A stretch of 64,000 nucleotides of DNA, from NCBI RefSeq assembly GCF_009914755.1, contig NC_060927.1; one strand, 5' to 3'. This document shows, one piece after another, positions 61,920 through 64,000 of the stretch. Made by a program: the position numbers and the translations under genes. This stretch comes from the human T2T-CHM13v2.0 reference genome, Homo sapiens. Below the pieces are notes generated by a model. It did no database searches, was not told the origin of the DNA, and was given only the letters and a program-made list of their open reading frames with translations. Position 1 is the first letter of the stretch. Every line of letters begins with the position of its first letter.

Positions 61920-62860
61920 TGTCCAGGGCTTGATCTCTTCTATTGCAGTTCTAATGGTTGTCCAGCATCTTCTTGAGCGTCAACATCACTTGTGGATCCT
62001 GGACGTGTACTGTCAATTGTCTCAACATCTTCACATGCTTCCCTCACTGTCAGCTCACATTCAACATGACAAGTTTCAAAACCCATGTTACCTTTTCTAA
62101 ATACTTTTCTTCTCAGATGGCATTGCTATCTATTTAGTTTAACAAGCTAAAACCTAGTCCTCTTACACCCAGTCTTCTTCGACATTTAGCAACTTATGCT
62201 CCCCCTGAAATCTGTCTACATCTATCCTCTATTGTATTCACTTTCCCTGTCGCCCTTCATGCCCCCCTGCTATATTTCTCTGGACTATATGTGTAGCTGC
62301 TCAAATGATTGCTCAGAGCCTTTAATAGGCAAGTCTGCATTTTACATTTCTAAAAAAGAATATAGGATACATTTCTCCAACTTATTGGCTATGGAACATC
62401 TTTTTTTCCTCAGAGCATCTTCTGGAAAATGCTAGTCTAGCCTTTCCAGATGCAGTGTAGTCCCTGTCATTGTCACATCTGTCCACCCCTCTTTGTAGCT
62501 GAACTTGTTATTTCCTCTGCTTAGAATGCCCTTCTTCCTGACTCTTGCCATCTGGAGAAATCCTACGCATATTTCACAGTCCAATTCAAATATCTCCTAC
62601 TCTCTGAAGCCTTCTTTGATCTCAAGTCCCAGTACATTGGCATAACCTCTGAGCTCTCAGAGGGCCGTGTACTTGAATCTATTATAATATCTAAATTATA
62701 TTATAGCTGTGTGTTTGTGCCTATCTACCAACAATTCTAAGCTCTATATGTTACTCACCTGTCACCAAGTCTGGAAATTTGACTCCCTTCTTTCACTTCT
62801 TTGAACATTCACCAACTTATAGTTGATGCTAAATAAACTTCATGCAATAAATGAGCTTAC
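61920..62860 (+). mobile_element. L2 fragment(s)
   Basis: CTCACATTCAACATGACAA, TTTCCTCTGCTTAGAATGCCCTTC, CTCTGAAGCCTTCTTTGATC and tail-like GCTAAATAAAC. Confidence 0.6.
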
Positions 62861-63977
62861 AGTTCTAGTACAGTGTTCAGCCTCTTCACTTCCACCATGA
62901 TTCCCTGTGTCCTGGTGGAGGGTGTATGCTGGGGCATGAGAACATTGTTTCAGAAGGGAAGGTGGGACAAATATATCAGTAGTAATTACTGATCCTTATG
63001 GAAGGGGACTTCTGGGGGTGGAGAAGCCGTTCAAGATGCTTATGGAAGGAGACTGCTCAGGGAGGAGAGCCGTTTCTGGAGAGGAGCTATTAGGGAACAT
63101 CCCTGAAGCTGAGTATCAATGTCTTACATTTACTGAGCACTTTCTTCTTGCGGGATATTGTGCTCAGAACTGTGAATACATGTGAACCCTCAAGCAGCTT
63201 CTAGTTAATAGTTAGGCTTGCTAAAGACTCCTGGCTTCAATTAACAAAAAATGTCTCTGCTAACTGGACAACAAAGATAAGTTTACTTTAAGAATGCGGA
63301 AATTTCAGAATTCAAGGGCAAGAAAACAGCTAGGTCTCTGCCCTGCCTCTCACTCTCGTTACAGCGCTGGGCCTCATCAAGGTTATTATGCACATTTGAA
63401 ATATATTTGCCAAAGTATCTTCCAGTATCCTAAAATAGATAAATGACTCTTCAGTTTGGGGGCAATCCATACATTCCCAGTCTAGGCAATAATTATACTT
63501 CCCTGTGTAGACCACTACAGGATTTATAGAGCATTTTAATGTCTATTACCTTATTTGGTCTCCACAATCATCATTCAGTCACTCAATGATCTTTACTGAG
63601 GGCTACAACATACCAGGTGCTAGGATAGGTGTATGGAGACAATTTTTAAAAAAATGGACATGACCCCTGTCCTTATGGAATTTGAAAGTCTGGAAAGACA
63701 GAGTTCATATTTTTCTTATTTTAGAGACAAACTAAGGTGGAATGATTTGTCCCAGCAAGGTGGTAGAGCTAGGACTCAAACCTGGGCTTCCCATTCTGAA
63801 TCCAAGACTGTGATTTTGCCACGCCTGCTTTGCAATCATTGGGAAATCCCTGTGTATCTTCCAGGAGTTAACTGAAAGAAAATAATGTCAATGAAAACAT
63901 CAAAGTGGCAAATAAAGAAGCCCAAAGTATCAACATTAAGAAAGCAACAAAATAAACAGCTTCTGAAAACCCCAAAA

Positions 63978-64000
63978 TGTGTGTGTGTGTGTGTGTGTGT
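63978..64000. repeat. (TG)n microsatellite (runs off the window)
   Basis: Visible run at window end. Confidence 0.95.

Overview
This is AT-rich, CpG-poor primate (human-like) non-coding genomic DNA. No host protein-coding gene, RNA gene, CpG island or prokaryotic system is supported. Much of the window is interspersed repeat: 11 Alus (10 on the minus strand), L1PA and L1M fragments, a complete THE1 (MaLR) provirus, solo MST/THE1/MLT LTRs, Charlie/MER/Tigger DNA-transposon fossils, MIR/L2 relics and microsatellites. The longer ORFs in the supplied track are read-throughs of L1 ORF2, Alu, THE1-int or simple repeats. The best leads are: (1) a chain of three plus-strand exon-like segments (48347-48546, 53742-53895, 59084-59382) suggesting a spliced lncRNA; (2) a perfect estrogen response element in a repeat-free GC-richer block at ~25.9 kb; (3) a twin-primed L1PA3 whose inversion creates a 479-aa chimeric RT ORF; (4) a junction at 13443 where Alu, LTR and L1 pieces are all cut off (deletion or endonuclease-independent L1 insertion); (5) a THE1 provirus with discordant LTRs; (6) a nested snap-back templated-insertion scar at ~4.0 kb. 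I found no convincing previously undescribed biological system. Repeat subfamily calls come from recognising consensus motifs by eye, not from a RepeatMasker run.
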